Positions 9,751-19,580 of a stretch of 64,000 nt of DNA are shown here, in pieces. Numbering within the stretch: the first letter of the stretch is position 1; every line of letters starts with the position of its first letter. Both the position numbers and the translations under genes were made by a program. The DNA is from an uncultured Methanobrevibacter sp. (GTDB lineage: Archaea > Methanobacteriota > Methanobacteria > Methanobacteriales > Methanobacteriaceae). The stretch is taken from contig OMVY01000009.1 of NCBI GenBank assembly GCA_900314635.1, positions 50,132 through 114,131 of the forward strand, given 5' to 3'. The notes under the pieces were generated by a model. It searched no databases, was not told the origin of the DNA, and saw nothing but the letters and a program-made list of their open reading frames with translations.

Positions 9751-12654
9751 ATGGGAGAGACAGAGAGAAGAAACATAGTTTTAAAGGGTGGAAGAGAGCA
9801 CAACCTTCAAAACATCGACCTGACAATACCTCGTGACAAGTTTGTTGTCGTCACAGGACTAAGCGGCTCAGGCAAATCCACACTTGCTTTTGACACTATT
9901 TATGCTGAAGGACAGCGCAGATATGTGGAATCATTGTCCGCTTATGCAAGACAGTTTTTAGGGCAGATGAAAAAGCCGGAAGTCGATTATATAGAAGGTT
10001 TGTCCCCTGCTATTTCCATAGATCAGAAAACTACCAGGGTAAATCCCCGCTCAACAGTAGGTACCATTACCGAAATTTATGATTATCTCAGATTATTGTT
10101 TGCAAGAATAGGAATTCCCCACTGTCCTAACTGCGGAAAGGAGATCTCACACCAGACCGTGGGACAAATAGCCGATGCCATCATAGAAGAAGGGGAAGGT
10201 ATCAGGATACAAATCCTGTCCCCTATGGTCAAGGACAGAAAAGGTGAATTCAAGGACTTGCTGGATGATTTTAGAAAAAACGGTTTTGTAAGGGCTAGAA
10301 TCGACGGCGAGATAAGGGATCTTGACGAGGACATAAAGCTGGCAAAAACTTACAGGCACAACATAGACCTTATTGTCGACAGGCTTGTAATTCGCTCAGG
10401 CATAGATTTCAAGCGCAGACTGACAGATTCTCTTGAAACCGTAACAAGCTTTTCAGATGGAATTGTCACAATAATGTATTCCAAAAAGGATGAAGATGGC
10501 AAGACAGTTGAATATGAAAAGTCCTATTCAGAAGATTTTGCCTGCACAGACTGTGGAATAAGCTTCCAGGAACTGACTCCCCGCATGTTTTCATTCAATG
10601 CGCCTCAAGGAGCATGTCCGGCTTGTAATGGAATTGGAAGCAAGATGGAGATGAATCCGGATCTTGTGGTTCCAAACAAGGACCTGTCATTGAATGAAGG
10701 AGCCATCGTTCCATGGGCAAAATCAGACAACAAGAACAATTACTACTATCAGATGCTCCAGGCAGTAGCCCAGCATTTCAAATTCAGCATGGACACACCT
10801 TTCAAGGACTTGACAGAAGAGCAGCAGCACATACTCCTCTACGGCACAAACGAAAAGGTCTCATTCAACTTCAAGCGCAGAAACAGAAGCTATCGTGTCA
10901 ACCGCAAATTCGAGGGAGTCATTGCAAGGCTTGAGCGCCTCTTTGTCGAAACAAAGTCCAATTACAACCGAAAGTACATTTCTAAATTCATGAGCGACAG
11001 GAAATGTCCGGTCTGCGATGGTAAAAGATTAAAACCTGAAGTTCTAGCTGTTTCTGTAGGAGACAAGTCAATCATCGACGTATGTGACCTTTCAATCAAG
11101 GATTCATACAAGTTCTTCAACGAGTTGGAGCTCAACGACAGGCAGATGTATATTGGAAAGGAGATTCTCAAGGAAATCAAGGCAAGGCTTGGATTTCTAG
11201 TAAATGTCGGACTTGATTATATCAGCATGTCAAGGTCTTCAGGTACCTTGTCCGGTGGGGAAGCTCAAAGGATCAGGCTTGCAACCCAAATCGGAGCAGG
11301 CCTTGTCGGCGTTCTATATATTCTCGACGAACCGAGCATAGGGCTTCACCAAAGGGACAATAGAAAGCTTATCAGCACCTTGAAGCATTTAAGGGATATT
11401 GGAAATACTTTGATTGTCGTCGAGCATGATGAAGAAACAATGCTTTCAGCTGATTACATTGTTGATATCGGTCCTGGAGCCGGAGAGCATGGAGGAAAGA
11501 TCATTGCTCAGGGAAGCCCTGAGGATATCATGAATTCCGACGAGTCAATCACAGGCCGCTACTTGTCCAGAAAGGACTTCATTCCTGTAAAAGAGGAAAG
11601 GCGTCCTGGAAACGGCAAGTTCATAACAGTCAAGGGAGCAAGGGAGAACAATCTTAAAAACGTGGATGTGGATATTCCTTTAGGATTGTTTACATGTGTA
11701 ACCGGAGTAAGCGGTTCTGGAAAAAGCAGCCTCATTAATGAAGTTCTATACAAAGGTCTTTCAACCAAGATCAACAAGAAATACATGCACCCTGGAAAGC
11801 ATGATTCCATTGAAGGAATAGAAAACATTGACAAGATAATCAGAATAGACCAGACTCCGATAGGCAGAACTCCACGTTCAAACCCTGCAACTTATGTAGG
11901 GGTCTTCACACCTATCAGGGAATTGTTTGCAAGCACTCCTGAAGCTAAGGCTCGAGGATACAAGCCTGGAAGATTCAGTTTCAATGTAAAGGGAGGAAGA
12001 TGCGAGTCATGTTATGGAGATGGAATTGTCCAAATCGAGATGCACTTCCTATCTGATGTCTATGTTCCTTGTGAAGTATGTCATGGAAAGCGCTACAATG
12101 AAGATACTCTGGATATCCGCTACAAGGGAAAGAACATTTATGATGTATTGGAAATGACTGTGGAAGAAGCCTTGGAGTTCTTTGAAAACATTCCAAAAAT
12201 TTCCAGAAAGCTTCAGACATTATATGATGTGGGATTAAGCTATATCAAGCTAGGCCAGCCTGCAACAACTTTATCTGGTGGAGAAGCACAGAGAGTCAAG
12301 CTTGCAAAGGAGCTTTCAAAAACAAGCACTGGAAACACACTTTACCTTCTTGACGAGCCTACCACAGGTCTTCACTTTGATGATATAAAGAAGCTGCTTT
12401 CTGTTTTAAACCGTCTTACCGATGCTGGAAACACAGTTCTAGTCATCGAGCACAATCTTGATGTTATCAAAACAGCTGATTATATCATAGATCTAGGTCC
12501 TGAAGGTGGAGACGGCGGAGGAGAAATCATTGCTACAGGCACTCCGGAGGAGATTGCAGAATCTGGAACATATACTGGATTGTATTTAAAAGAAGTTCTG
12601 GAGGACAATATTACATCTCATGCCAAGGAACTAGTGGAAGATATGGCTAAATAG
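9751..12654 (+). CDS. uvrA: Excinuclease ABC subunit A
   Basis: Two ABC ATPase modules (GLSGSGKS and GVSGSGKS; LSGGEAQR twice), Zn-finger Cys pairs; AGGTG-N5-ATG. Confidence 0.99.
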   Translation: MGETERRNIVLKGGREHNLQNIDLTIPRDKFVVVTGLSGSGKSTLAFDTIYAEGQRRYVESLSAYARQFLGQMKKPEVDYIEGLSPAISIDQKTTRVNPRSTVGTITEIYDYLRLLFARIGIPHCPNCGKEISHQTVGQIADAIIEEGEGIRIQILSPMVKDRKGEFKDLLDDFRKNGFVRARIDGEIRDLDEDIKLAKTYRHNIDLIVDRLVIRSGIDFKRRLTDSLETVTSFSDGIVTIMYSKKDEDGKTVEYEKSYSEDFACTDCGISFQELTPRMFSFNAPQGACPACNGIGSKMEMNPDLVVPNKDLSLNEGAIVPWAKSDNKNNYYYQMLQAVAQHFKFSMDTPFKDLTEEQQHILLYGTNEKVSFNFKRRNRSYRVNRKFEGVIARLERLFVETKSNYNRKYISKFMSDRKCPVCDGKRLKPEVLAVSVGDKSIIDVCDLSIKDSYKFFNELELNDRQMYIGKEILKEIKARLGFLVNVGLDYISMSRSSGTLSGGEAQRIRLATQIGAGLVGVLYILDEPSIGLHQRDNRKLISTLKHLRDIGNTLIVVEHDEETMLSADYIVDIGPGAGEHGGKIIAQGSPEDIMNSDESITGRYLSRKDFIPVKEERRPGNGKFITVKGARENNLKNVDVDIPLGLFTCVTGVSGSGKSSLINEVLYKGLSTKINKKYMHPGKHDSIEGIENIDKIIRIDQTPIGRTPRSNPATYVGVFTPIRELFASTPEAKARGYKPGRFSFNVKGGRCESCYGDGIVQIEMHFLSDVYVPCEVCHGKRYNEDTLDIRYKGKNIYDVLEMTVEEALEFFENIPKISRKLQTLYDVGLSYIKLGQPATTLSGGEAQRVKLAKELSKTSTGNTLYLLDEPTTGLHFDDIKKLLSVLNRLTDAGNTVLVIEHNLDVIKTADYIIDLGPEGGDGGGEIIATGTPEEIAESGTYTGLYLKEVLEDNITSHAKELVEDMAK

Positions 12655-12700
12655 ATTATATCTATTTAGTTTTCTTTTAAAATCAGTTTTTTTATTAATT
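12647..12700 (+). terminator. Hairpin plus T-tract after uvrA
   Basis: CTAAATAGA-TTATA-TCTATTTAG overlapping the stop codon, followed by T-rich runs. Confidence 0.5.
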
Positions 12701-12974
12701 AATTTTTTTTTATTCTTTTTTTCTAAAATTAATTTTTTTTAATTAAATTAATTTTTTATTCTTTTTTTATTAAATTAATTTTTTATTCTTTTTTTATTAA
12801 ATTAATTTTTTAAACTTATTTTTTTAAAAAAAAGATTTAATTCATTTTTCTTTCATAAAATTAATTTTAAATTTTATTTATTTTATAAATAATTTTATGA
12901 ATTTTATTTATTTTATTACTAATTTTTATAAATTTTATTCGTTATATTCAATTTTTAAAGTATTATAAAAATAG

Positions 12975-14666
12975 CTATTTTTTAAGAGAATTATATCTCA
13001 TTTCAGCCATTTTTCTAACGTAATCTGTTGAATCATTAACTGCGATTTCCTTTAACACGCTTTGGCTTGTGATCTTTTTAACAGCAGCTTCTCTGACTTT
13101 TGCATCATTGTCATTCTGTGCAAGCTCTGCAAGCAGTCCTTGATTTCGTATTCTGGCTATTGCTTCTGTACGTGAATCTGCAAACTCTCCATTCAAAGAA
13201 ATATCCTCGAGCAATTCCTCGCTTTTAATTTTTGATATTGAGGAAAGTCTTATTTTCTCATCATTATCTCTTTTGGCAAGTTCAGCTAAAAGGTCTTCAG
13301 ATTTGATTTTTAGTGAAGCTGATTGCCTTGAACTAATGTGTTTTGATTCATCAATTATCTTCATTAGTGTTTCATCATCATCTATCTCGCGAATGGAGAG
13401 GTTTCTTATCTCCTCATCCCTTGCAATTGTGGCAATTTTTCCAAGGGTATCTTTGATATCTTCATTTTCAGACTTTGAAATGATATTATTTAAAGCGTTT
13501 TTAGCTACGATTAAATCACTATCTGATATGGCAACATATGCTAAATCTTCAAGGGAATTGATATATTTAACAGCTTCGCTTCTAACAAAGCTATCTTCAT
13601 CATGCTGAGATATATCAGCCAATATTTTTTCATCATTTATGCCTTTTATGGCTTCTATTCTAACGAACTTATCATCATCTGATTTAGCTATTTCAGATAG
13701 TATTGCCTCGTTTTCAATTTTTTTCACAGCTTCAAGGCGTGAGGATGAATCTGATGATTCAGTTGCAATCTTATTTAAAGCATCCTCATCATCTAATCTG
13801 CTTATTGCCTTAAGCCTTACAAGCTCGTTTTCTTCATTAAAAGCTATTTCCTTGAATAAATCCTCATCATCAAGCTTGTCTAGTGATTTGCTTCTGATAT
13901 ACTTGTCATAGGCATTATCTTCATCAAAAGCTATCCAGGATAATATTTCTTGATCATTAAATCCTTCCTTAGTGATGATTTTATTAATGATTTCCTTGTC
14001 ATCGGTATTTTTCAACAATTCCGCCAGAACTTCGTTGTTTTCAATTTTTTCAGTGGATTTCAATCGTATTTTCTTGTCATTTGCATTTATTGCAATATCA
14101 AGGAGGATGACTTCATCGCTTATCTCATCAAGTGCCCGGTTTCTGTTGGCGCTCTTCCTGTCGAATTTAGCTATTTCGGCAAATACATTTTCCTCTCTTC
14201 CCAGCTGGTCGTATGCTATTCTCCTTGCATCGCTGTATTTTGCAGTCAGAATCACTTCCTCCAGGATATCAGGGTCGCTGATTCTTGATGCCACAACTGT
14301 TCGGACAAACCTGTCCTTTATGTTTATCATATCTTCCAGGACGTCCTGTGATTTAATCTCCATAACTGCGGCAACTCGGTTGTTTCGATTCTTATGTGAG
14401 ATTGCAATCTCCTTTAATGTTTCATCACTGATTTTCTCTTCTTCGGTTCTCTTGTCTTTTTTAAGGCGTTTTTCCTTGTTGTTTTTAAGTTCCTCTTCGC
14501 TTATAGTCTTATAAATCGGGCTGAAATCTATGGAATCCTTGCTAGATGATCTTTTAAAAAGTCCTTTTCTCTCATTTTGATCTTCAAATCTGCTGTTGGA
14601 TTTTTTAATTTCTTCCTTTTTTTCATTTTTAGAATCATCCTTTTTTAAAAAATCAAATAATCCCAT
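12975..14666 (-). CDS. HEAT/PBS-lyase-like repeat alpha-solenoid protein
   Basis: About 15 or more repeats of the type D..VR.EAVKKI.DE.IL..IA; AGGTG-N5-ATG. Confidence 0.8.
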   Translation of the reverse strand: MGLFDFLKKDDSKNEKKEEIKKSNSRFEDQNERKGLFKRSSSKDSIDFSPIYKTISEEELKNNKEKRLKKDKRTEEEKISDETLKEIAISHKNRNNRVAAVMEIKSQDVLEDMINIKDRFVRTVVASRISDPDILEEVILTAKYSDARRIAYDQLGREENVFAEIAKFDRKSANRNRALDEISDEVILLDIAINANDKKIRLKSTEKIENNEVLAELLKNTDDKEIINKIITKEGFNDQEILSWIAFDEDNAYDKYIRSKSLDKLDDEDLFKEIAFNEENELVRLKAISRLDDEDALNKIATESSDSSSRLEAVKKIENEAILSEIAKSDDDKFVRIEAIKGINDEKILADISQHDEDSFVRSEAVKYINSLEDLAYVAISDSDLIVAKNALNNIISKSENEDIKDTLGKIATIARDEEIRNLSIREIDDDETLMKIIDESKHISSRQSASLKIKSEDLLAELAKRDNDEKIRLSSISKIKSEELLEDISLNGEFADSRTEAIARIRNQGLLAELAQNDNDAKVREAAVKKITSQSVLKEIAVNDSTDYVRKMAEMRYNSLKK

Positions 14667-14704
14667 AGTTTCACCTAGTTTCTTCTTTTAATGCTATTTT
14701 TAAA

Positions 14705-15565
14705 TTATTCCATGTACTTGAATCTTTTTTCCAGTAAAACCACAATAGCTATGCCTATTAATGCAAGAAGGAGACATATTATCCAAGAGCCTGTAAGGCT
14801 GCTTGAAATCTTGTCAACAGGCAGTCTTAATGTTCCAATCATTATTCCAATCAGGAATGCCATTGTAACTGACTCGTGATTTTCAAGCAGGTAGTTCAAT
14901 ATCTTGGAGAATCCGAGAATTCCAATAACGGCACCTAGGAGGAATGTAATGATGTCTGCAAAGTTTAGAGCATTCAGGGTACCGAGCATGTACTGGTATT
15001 GTCCTAGAAGCAGCAGAAGGAATGAGCCTGAAATTCCAGGCAGGATCATTGCGCAGATGGCGATTAATCCGGATATGAATATTACAGGCAGTGAATGGTT
15101 GGCTGCAATTGGATTCAAGCCGACGAATATGTATGAAAGAACTATTCCTATTGCTGTAACGATTAATATTTTGATGTTGATTTCATCCAGTTGTGTGTAT
15201 AGGATATATGATGATGCAAGAATCAGTCCCAGGAAGAATGAGAATGTGTATGCTGTCTGCTCTTCAAGCAGATAGCTGATTACATGTGCAAGGGTTAGCA
15301 CTGCAAGTCCAATACCCAATATCAGGGGTATGAATAGTTCAAAATCTATTTCTTCGAACAGTTTTTCTTTAAATCCAGTGAAATCCCCTTTCAGCAATGG
15401 TTTTATGAAAGTGAAGTTTATGCTGCTTATCGCATGCACCAGACGTTCATATATTCCTGTAATTAATGCAATTGTTCCTCCGGAAACTCCTGGAACAATA
15501 TCCGCAGATCCCATGAAAAGACCTTTGAGAAAAATTGTGATCGCTTCTTTAATGTCAAAATCCAT
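14705..15565 (-). CDS. DUF368 family membrane protein (PopT-like polyprenyl-phosphate translocase family)
   Basis: GLFMGSADIVPGVSGGTIALITGIYERL and second AMILPGISGS half-repeat typical of DUF368. Confidence 0.88.
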   Translation of the reverse strand: MDFDIKEAITIFLKGLFMGSADIVPGVSGGTIALITGIYERLVHAISSINFTFIKPLLKGDFTGFKEKLFEEIDFELFIPLILGIGLAVLTLAHVISYLLEEQTAYTFSFFLGLILASSYILYTQLDEINIKILIVTAIGIVLSYIFVGLNPIAANHSLPVIFISGLIAICAMILPGISGSFLLLLLGQYQYMLGTLNALNFADIITFLLGAVIGILGFSKILNYLLENHESVTMAFLIGIMIGTLRLPVDKISSSLTGSWIICLLLALIGIAIVVLLEKRFKYME

Positions 15566-15677
15566 TTTTCATCACTTTAGATTATTTTTAAAAAGTAAAT
15601 ATTAATAAAATTATGTATATTTGAATTTAAATAATTAACTAATATTTAATTTTAAATATTTTATTATTCGCTTAAGG

Positions 15678-15808
15678 ATTATTACTTGTTTAGGTTTATT
15701 ACTTGCTTAGAGTTTATTACTTGCTTAGAGTTTATTACTTGCTTAGAGTTTATTACTTGTTTAGGTTTATTACTTGTTTAGGTTTATTACTTGTTTAGGT
15801 TTATTACC
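15678..15808. repeat. Minisatellite, 7 copies of 17/18-bp units
   Basis: TTTATTACTTGTTTAGG (x4) and TTTATTACTTGCTTAGAG (x3) in order A-B-B-B-A-A-A; no spacers. Confidence 0.95.
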
Positions 15809-16251
15809 AGATTAAGCTGGATTTTTTCATTTCTTTTAAATAAACAGTATCTTGGTTTAAAATAGATTATTTTTACTTTAAAAGCTTTGAATAGCTTGTT
15901 TTTAAGATTACAAACATTTTTTCCAATATTTTTTAATATAAAAAGGGCTTTAAAATTCAATTTTATTATCCAAACTGCTTATAAGGGCTTTTTTAGTCTA
16001 TCTGCCACTTCTTATTTGAAATTTGATTTGTTTGATATTCCAATGCCTTATTTTTATTTGAAGTGTAAAAAATATATGATATTTATTTTAAAGTCCTTTA
16101 ATTTGTTTTTAAATCTTTTAAAACATTCTAAGACTGTTTATTTCTAAAAAATAAAGACTAAAAAAGCTTAAACATTTAAATATAATGAATTACATAAATT
16201 TCACTACACACGATAGTTGAATATTAGGTTATTTTCGAAGGAGGTGTAAAT

Positions 16252-18915
16252 ATATCGTTAAAGATAAGATTTACTCTGATAGCCTTGATGTTGATTTTGG
16301 TAATTAACATAGGCGCAATATCAGCGAATGAAATAACTGACATTAATAGCTTAAAGAGCGATATTGAAGACTCTTTAAGTGTTACAGATTACATTGATGA
16401 AGAGACAGATTCATCTGATCAATCATTAGGCGCTGGGGATTCCAGTGCTGATTCCTATGACAGCGGTTCTTCTGATATTGAAGAATCAGATTTGTCTAGT
16501 TCCGACAGTTCTATTGTTGCTGAAGAAGAGGAAGAGGAAGCAGATGTTAGGAATGCAAGTTCCATTTCCGTTTCCAGCAATTCTGTAGTTAGAGGAAACT
16601 CATATGCAATAACCTTGCTTGATTCAAATAATGCAGCAGCATCAGGCAAACTGGTGCAGTTCACATTATCCGGCAAGACTTATAATGCAACAACAGATTC
16701 TAATGGAAAGGCAAGTCTGCCTGTAAGCCTGGCTGCAGGAACTTATCCGCTTGAAATATATTTTGCAGGAGATGATGCTCTGAATGGTTCAACAAGAACC
16801 ATTGACCTTAAAGTCACTGCAAATACTCCAAGCATTACTGTTGGAAGTACTACAGTAATCAGGGGAAAATACTTGTATGTCTATCTAAAGGATAATAATG
16901 GCAAGGCAATGGCAAACCAAAAGGTTACCATTAAAATAAACGGCAAGACTTATGAAAAGACTACAAATTCCAATGGAAGAGCAGCCTTGAAGATTAAATT
17001 AACAGGCAGCAAATATTCCACTAAAGTTTATTTCTACAAGAGCGGAATATATTCAGCCGCCAGCAAGTCTTTCACTCTCACGATTTCAGACAACAAGCCT
17101 AAAATCACTGTGGCAAATGCCACTGTAATAAGAGGCAAATACTTGTATGTCTATTTGAAAGACAAATCAGGCGCTGTAATGGCCAGCAAGAAGGTCACAA
17201 TAAGAATCAACGGCAAAAATTATGTCAAGACCACAAATTCCAATGGAAGAGCAGCCTTGAAGATTAAACTGACAGGCAGCAAGTACGCTGCAAAAGTTTA
17301 CTTCTATAAATCAGGGGTCTACTCATATTCAAGCAAGTCTTTTACTTTGAATATTGCAAACAACAAGCCTTCATTCACTATAGCGAATTCCACTGTAGTC
17401 AAAGGCAATTACCTCTATGTTTATCTAAAGGATAAAGCAGGCTCTGTAATGGCTAATCAAAAAGTTGCTGTCAAATTAAACGGCAAGACTTATGCCATGA
17501 CTACAAATTCAAATGGAAGAATTGCATTGAAGGTTACTTTGGCTGCTAAGAAATACACAACCAATCTTAATTTCTATAAAACTGGTGTATACTCAGCATC
17601 CAGCAAATCATTCACATTGAATGTGGTAAATGACAACAGCAAAAACTCTGTTGCAAATATTATGGCTGCAGCCACCAAGGTGCGCAATTATGTGAATTCA
17701 TATAAAAGATTGCCTGAAACCGTAACTGTTGGTTCATACAAGATTTCCATTGAGGAATTCTCATATCTCATGAGCGAATCCATAGTCGGCCTCAACAAGG
17801 GAAGCATAAGCAGTGTTAAAATTTTGGAAGGCATTCAGGATGTTGAATCCGGCGGAGACTCTATGAACGCCAAGATTTACAAGGAACAGTATGTGGATTT
17901 GGCAAATCGTGCAATGACTTACATCCAGAACAACAAAGTGCCTGCAAGATATGCTGCTGCTTATTCAAGTTCCAATTCAAAAATAGGCAATGCAGGATTT
18001 GACTTGTATATATATTGTTTTGCAAAGATACTGGTATTCTATGATGATAATAAATATCTGCCTAACTACTGCACTTTTGAAAGCAGTGTGTTTGGAAGCA
18101 GTTCAGATAGCAGCGAGTCAGTTCTTTCAAATGTGATAGACAGCAGCAGACTGCGCAATTTCACTATAGCATTAACAGGATTAGACAGCTCAATTCTCTC
18201 AAATATGGCAATCAATCTGACTTTGGATGCTCCGACAGGTTCCGGCAATAAGATAACTAAAAAGACTGTTATTCTTGACTCTGACAATATCTACAGCACA
18301 TCCAAAGACTTGAAACTGCTTAATGACATAAAAACAATACTCGAGTCAAAAGGATACGAGGTCATAGTCAATACTACAATAGGTCCGAACACACACAATA
18401 TGGATGTGCAGAATAGAAAAAACGTATGTGTATTCAGCATATATGGTGGAATAGATGCAGGAATGTTTGTTGATAAAGGTGCTGTCTATTTCCAGAATTA
18501 CTTAAAACGGAATAACAACCAGATTGTCTTAGGTTTCCTGGCTCCTCCGATTACAAGAAATCTTGCTACTGAAACCTGGCTTGAAAGGGCTCACGATGAT
18601 GACTACAGTGCGCCTATATTCACAGGTCTTGCAAATCCAGGGACTTATATAAATACAAATGTAGGTGCGGACTATGTATATGGTTCCACTGCAAGCGAAC
18701 TGGCTTCAAATTTCCTTAATTTTGCAGTAAACGGCTTCAGTGTTGGATTGGATGGAACCATTCCTTCAGCTCAAAAGACTTATAAGCTGACTACAAATGC
18801 AAATGGGCAGGTTACTATTCCAAATCTTGTTGCTGGAGTATACAATATAAGCTACTCTTATATTGATAATTTAGGAAACAGGGTTGTGCAGAACAAGCAG
18901 TTCACTTTAAGTTAA
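16252..18915 (+). CDS. Adhesin-like protein 1: signal peptide, acidic stalk, Ig-like repeats, pseudomurein-binding repeats, unnamed 'RAHDD' domain
   Basis: Three 270-bp Ig-like repeats (matching points 16963, 17233, 17503); PMB-like KRLPETV..., YVDLANRAMTYI and YCFAKILVFY...LPNY. Start proposed at ATA 16252 (GGAGGTG-N5); track start is 16285. Confidence 0.85.
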   Translation: MSLKIRFTLIALMLILVINIGAISANEITDINSLKSDIEDSLSVTDYIDEETDSSDQSLGAGDSSADSYDSGSSDIEESDLSSSDSSIVAEEEEEEADVRNASSISVSSNSVVRGNSYAITLLDSNNAAASGKLVQFTLSGKTYNATTDSNGKASLPVSLAAGTYPLEIYFAGDDALNGSTRTIDLKVTANTPSITVGSTTVIRGKYLYVYLKDNNGKAMANQKVTIKINGKTYEKTTNSNGRAALKIKLTGSKYSTKVYFYKSGIYSAASKSFTLTISDNKPKITVANATVIRGKYLYVYLKDKSGAVMASKKVTIRINGKNYVKTTNSNGRAALKIKLTGSKYAAKVYFYKSGVYSYSSKSFTLNIANNKPSFTIANSTVVKGNYLYVYLKDKAGSVMANQKVAVKLNGKTYAMTTNSNGRIALKVTLAAKKYTTNLNFYKTGVYSASSKSFTLNVVNDNSKNSVANIMAAATKVRNYVNSYKRLPETVTVGSYKISIEEFSYLMSESIVGLNKGSISSVKILEGIQDVESGGDSMNAKIYKEQYVDLANRAMTYIQNNKVPARYAAAYSSSNSKIGNAGFDLYIYCFAKILVFYDDNKYLPNYCTFESSVFGSSSDSSESVLSNVIDSSRLRNFTIALTGLDSSILSNMAINLTLDAPTGSGNKITKKTVILDSDNIYSTSKDLKLLNDIKTILESKGYEVIVNTTIGPNTHNMDVQNRKNVCVFSIYGGIDAGMFVDKGAVYFQNYLKRNNNQIVLGFLAPPITRNLATETWLERAHDDDYSAPIFTGLANPGTYINTNVGADYVYGSTASELASNFLNFAVNGFSVGLDGTIPSAQKTYKLTTNANGQVTIPNLVAGVYNISYSYIDNLGNRVVQNKQFTLS

Positions 18916-18923
18916 ATAAATAG

Positions 18924-18960
18924 ATTATCTTAATTTTTTAAGATAATTCTTTTTTTTATT
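18924..18960 (+). terminator. Hairpin plus T-tract after ALP1
   Basis: ATTATCTTAA-TTTT-TTAAGATAAT followed by T runs. Confidence 0.55.
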
Positions 18961-19320
18961 TTTTTAAAACTTACTATTTTTACATTATTTTATATTTTTT
19001 TATGAAATTTTTTATTTTTTATTAAAAATTTTTATTTATTTTTTAAAACTAATTTTTTATCTATTTGATTATTTTTCATAAAATTTTTATTTATTTTTTT
19101 AAAACTAATTTTTTATCTAATTAATTATTTTTTCATAAAATTTTTATTTTTTCTTAAAAATCTTTATTTTTCTTAAAACTCGCTTATTTTACCTTATTTT
19201 GTCCTAATATCAATCAATTTTAATGTTTTATTGAATAAAAGGGATGCATAGGATAAATCTGCTTTTAACGAATATCACAATAATGATTTTAAAAAATGTT
19301 TGGTCTTGAGAGGTCAAAAA

Positions 19321-19444
19321 CATTATAAGCAGATTTCCAATCTCTGTTTTTAAAAAGCAAAAAGTAAAAAAAGTCTCATTTTGTGCTTATTTTTGAATTT
19401 TAAGCCTTAAAATTCATTAACCTTTATATATGTTGAAAAATAAA
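19321..19444 (+). promoter_or_regulatory. Duplicated upstream/promoter block, copy 1 (ALP2)
   Basis: 124-bp block nearly identical to 22106-22229, containing CATTAACC-TTTATATA (TATA 19423-19430). Confidence 0.8.
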
Positions 19445-19580
19445 ATTGTATATGTAAATATTTTAAAAATCTATAACAATTTAGTTTTTTTTTAAGCTAT
19501 TAGTTATGAAAAAATTTTTTAAATATTTGTTTATTGTAAAATTTTAAATTTTAGTCAATTGTATAAATGGAGGTGTTAAA

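Noticed and set aside
13273-14514. Plus-strand ORFs of 90-180 aa inside the HEAT gene (and similar antisense ORFs inside uvrA, Hhe, rad50, herA and DUF4013)
   Set aside because: They are S/L/F/I-rich antisense shadows of well-supported genes, with no RBS or motifs.
15678-15808. Minisatellite as CRISPR or iterons
   Set aside because: Units are too short and contiguous; no replication initiator gene nearby.
15887-16147. 86-aa plus-strand ORF upstream of ALP1
   Set aside because: AT-rich F/L/K/I composition, TTG start without RBS; likely spurious intergenic ORF.
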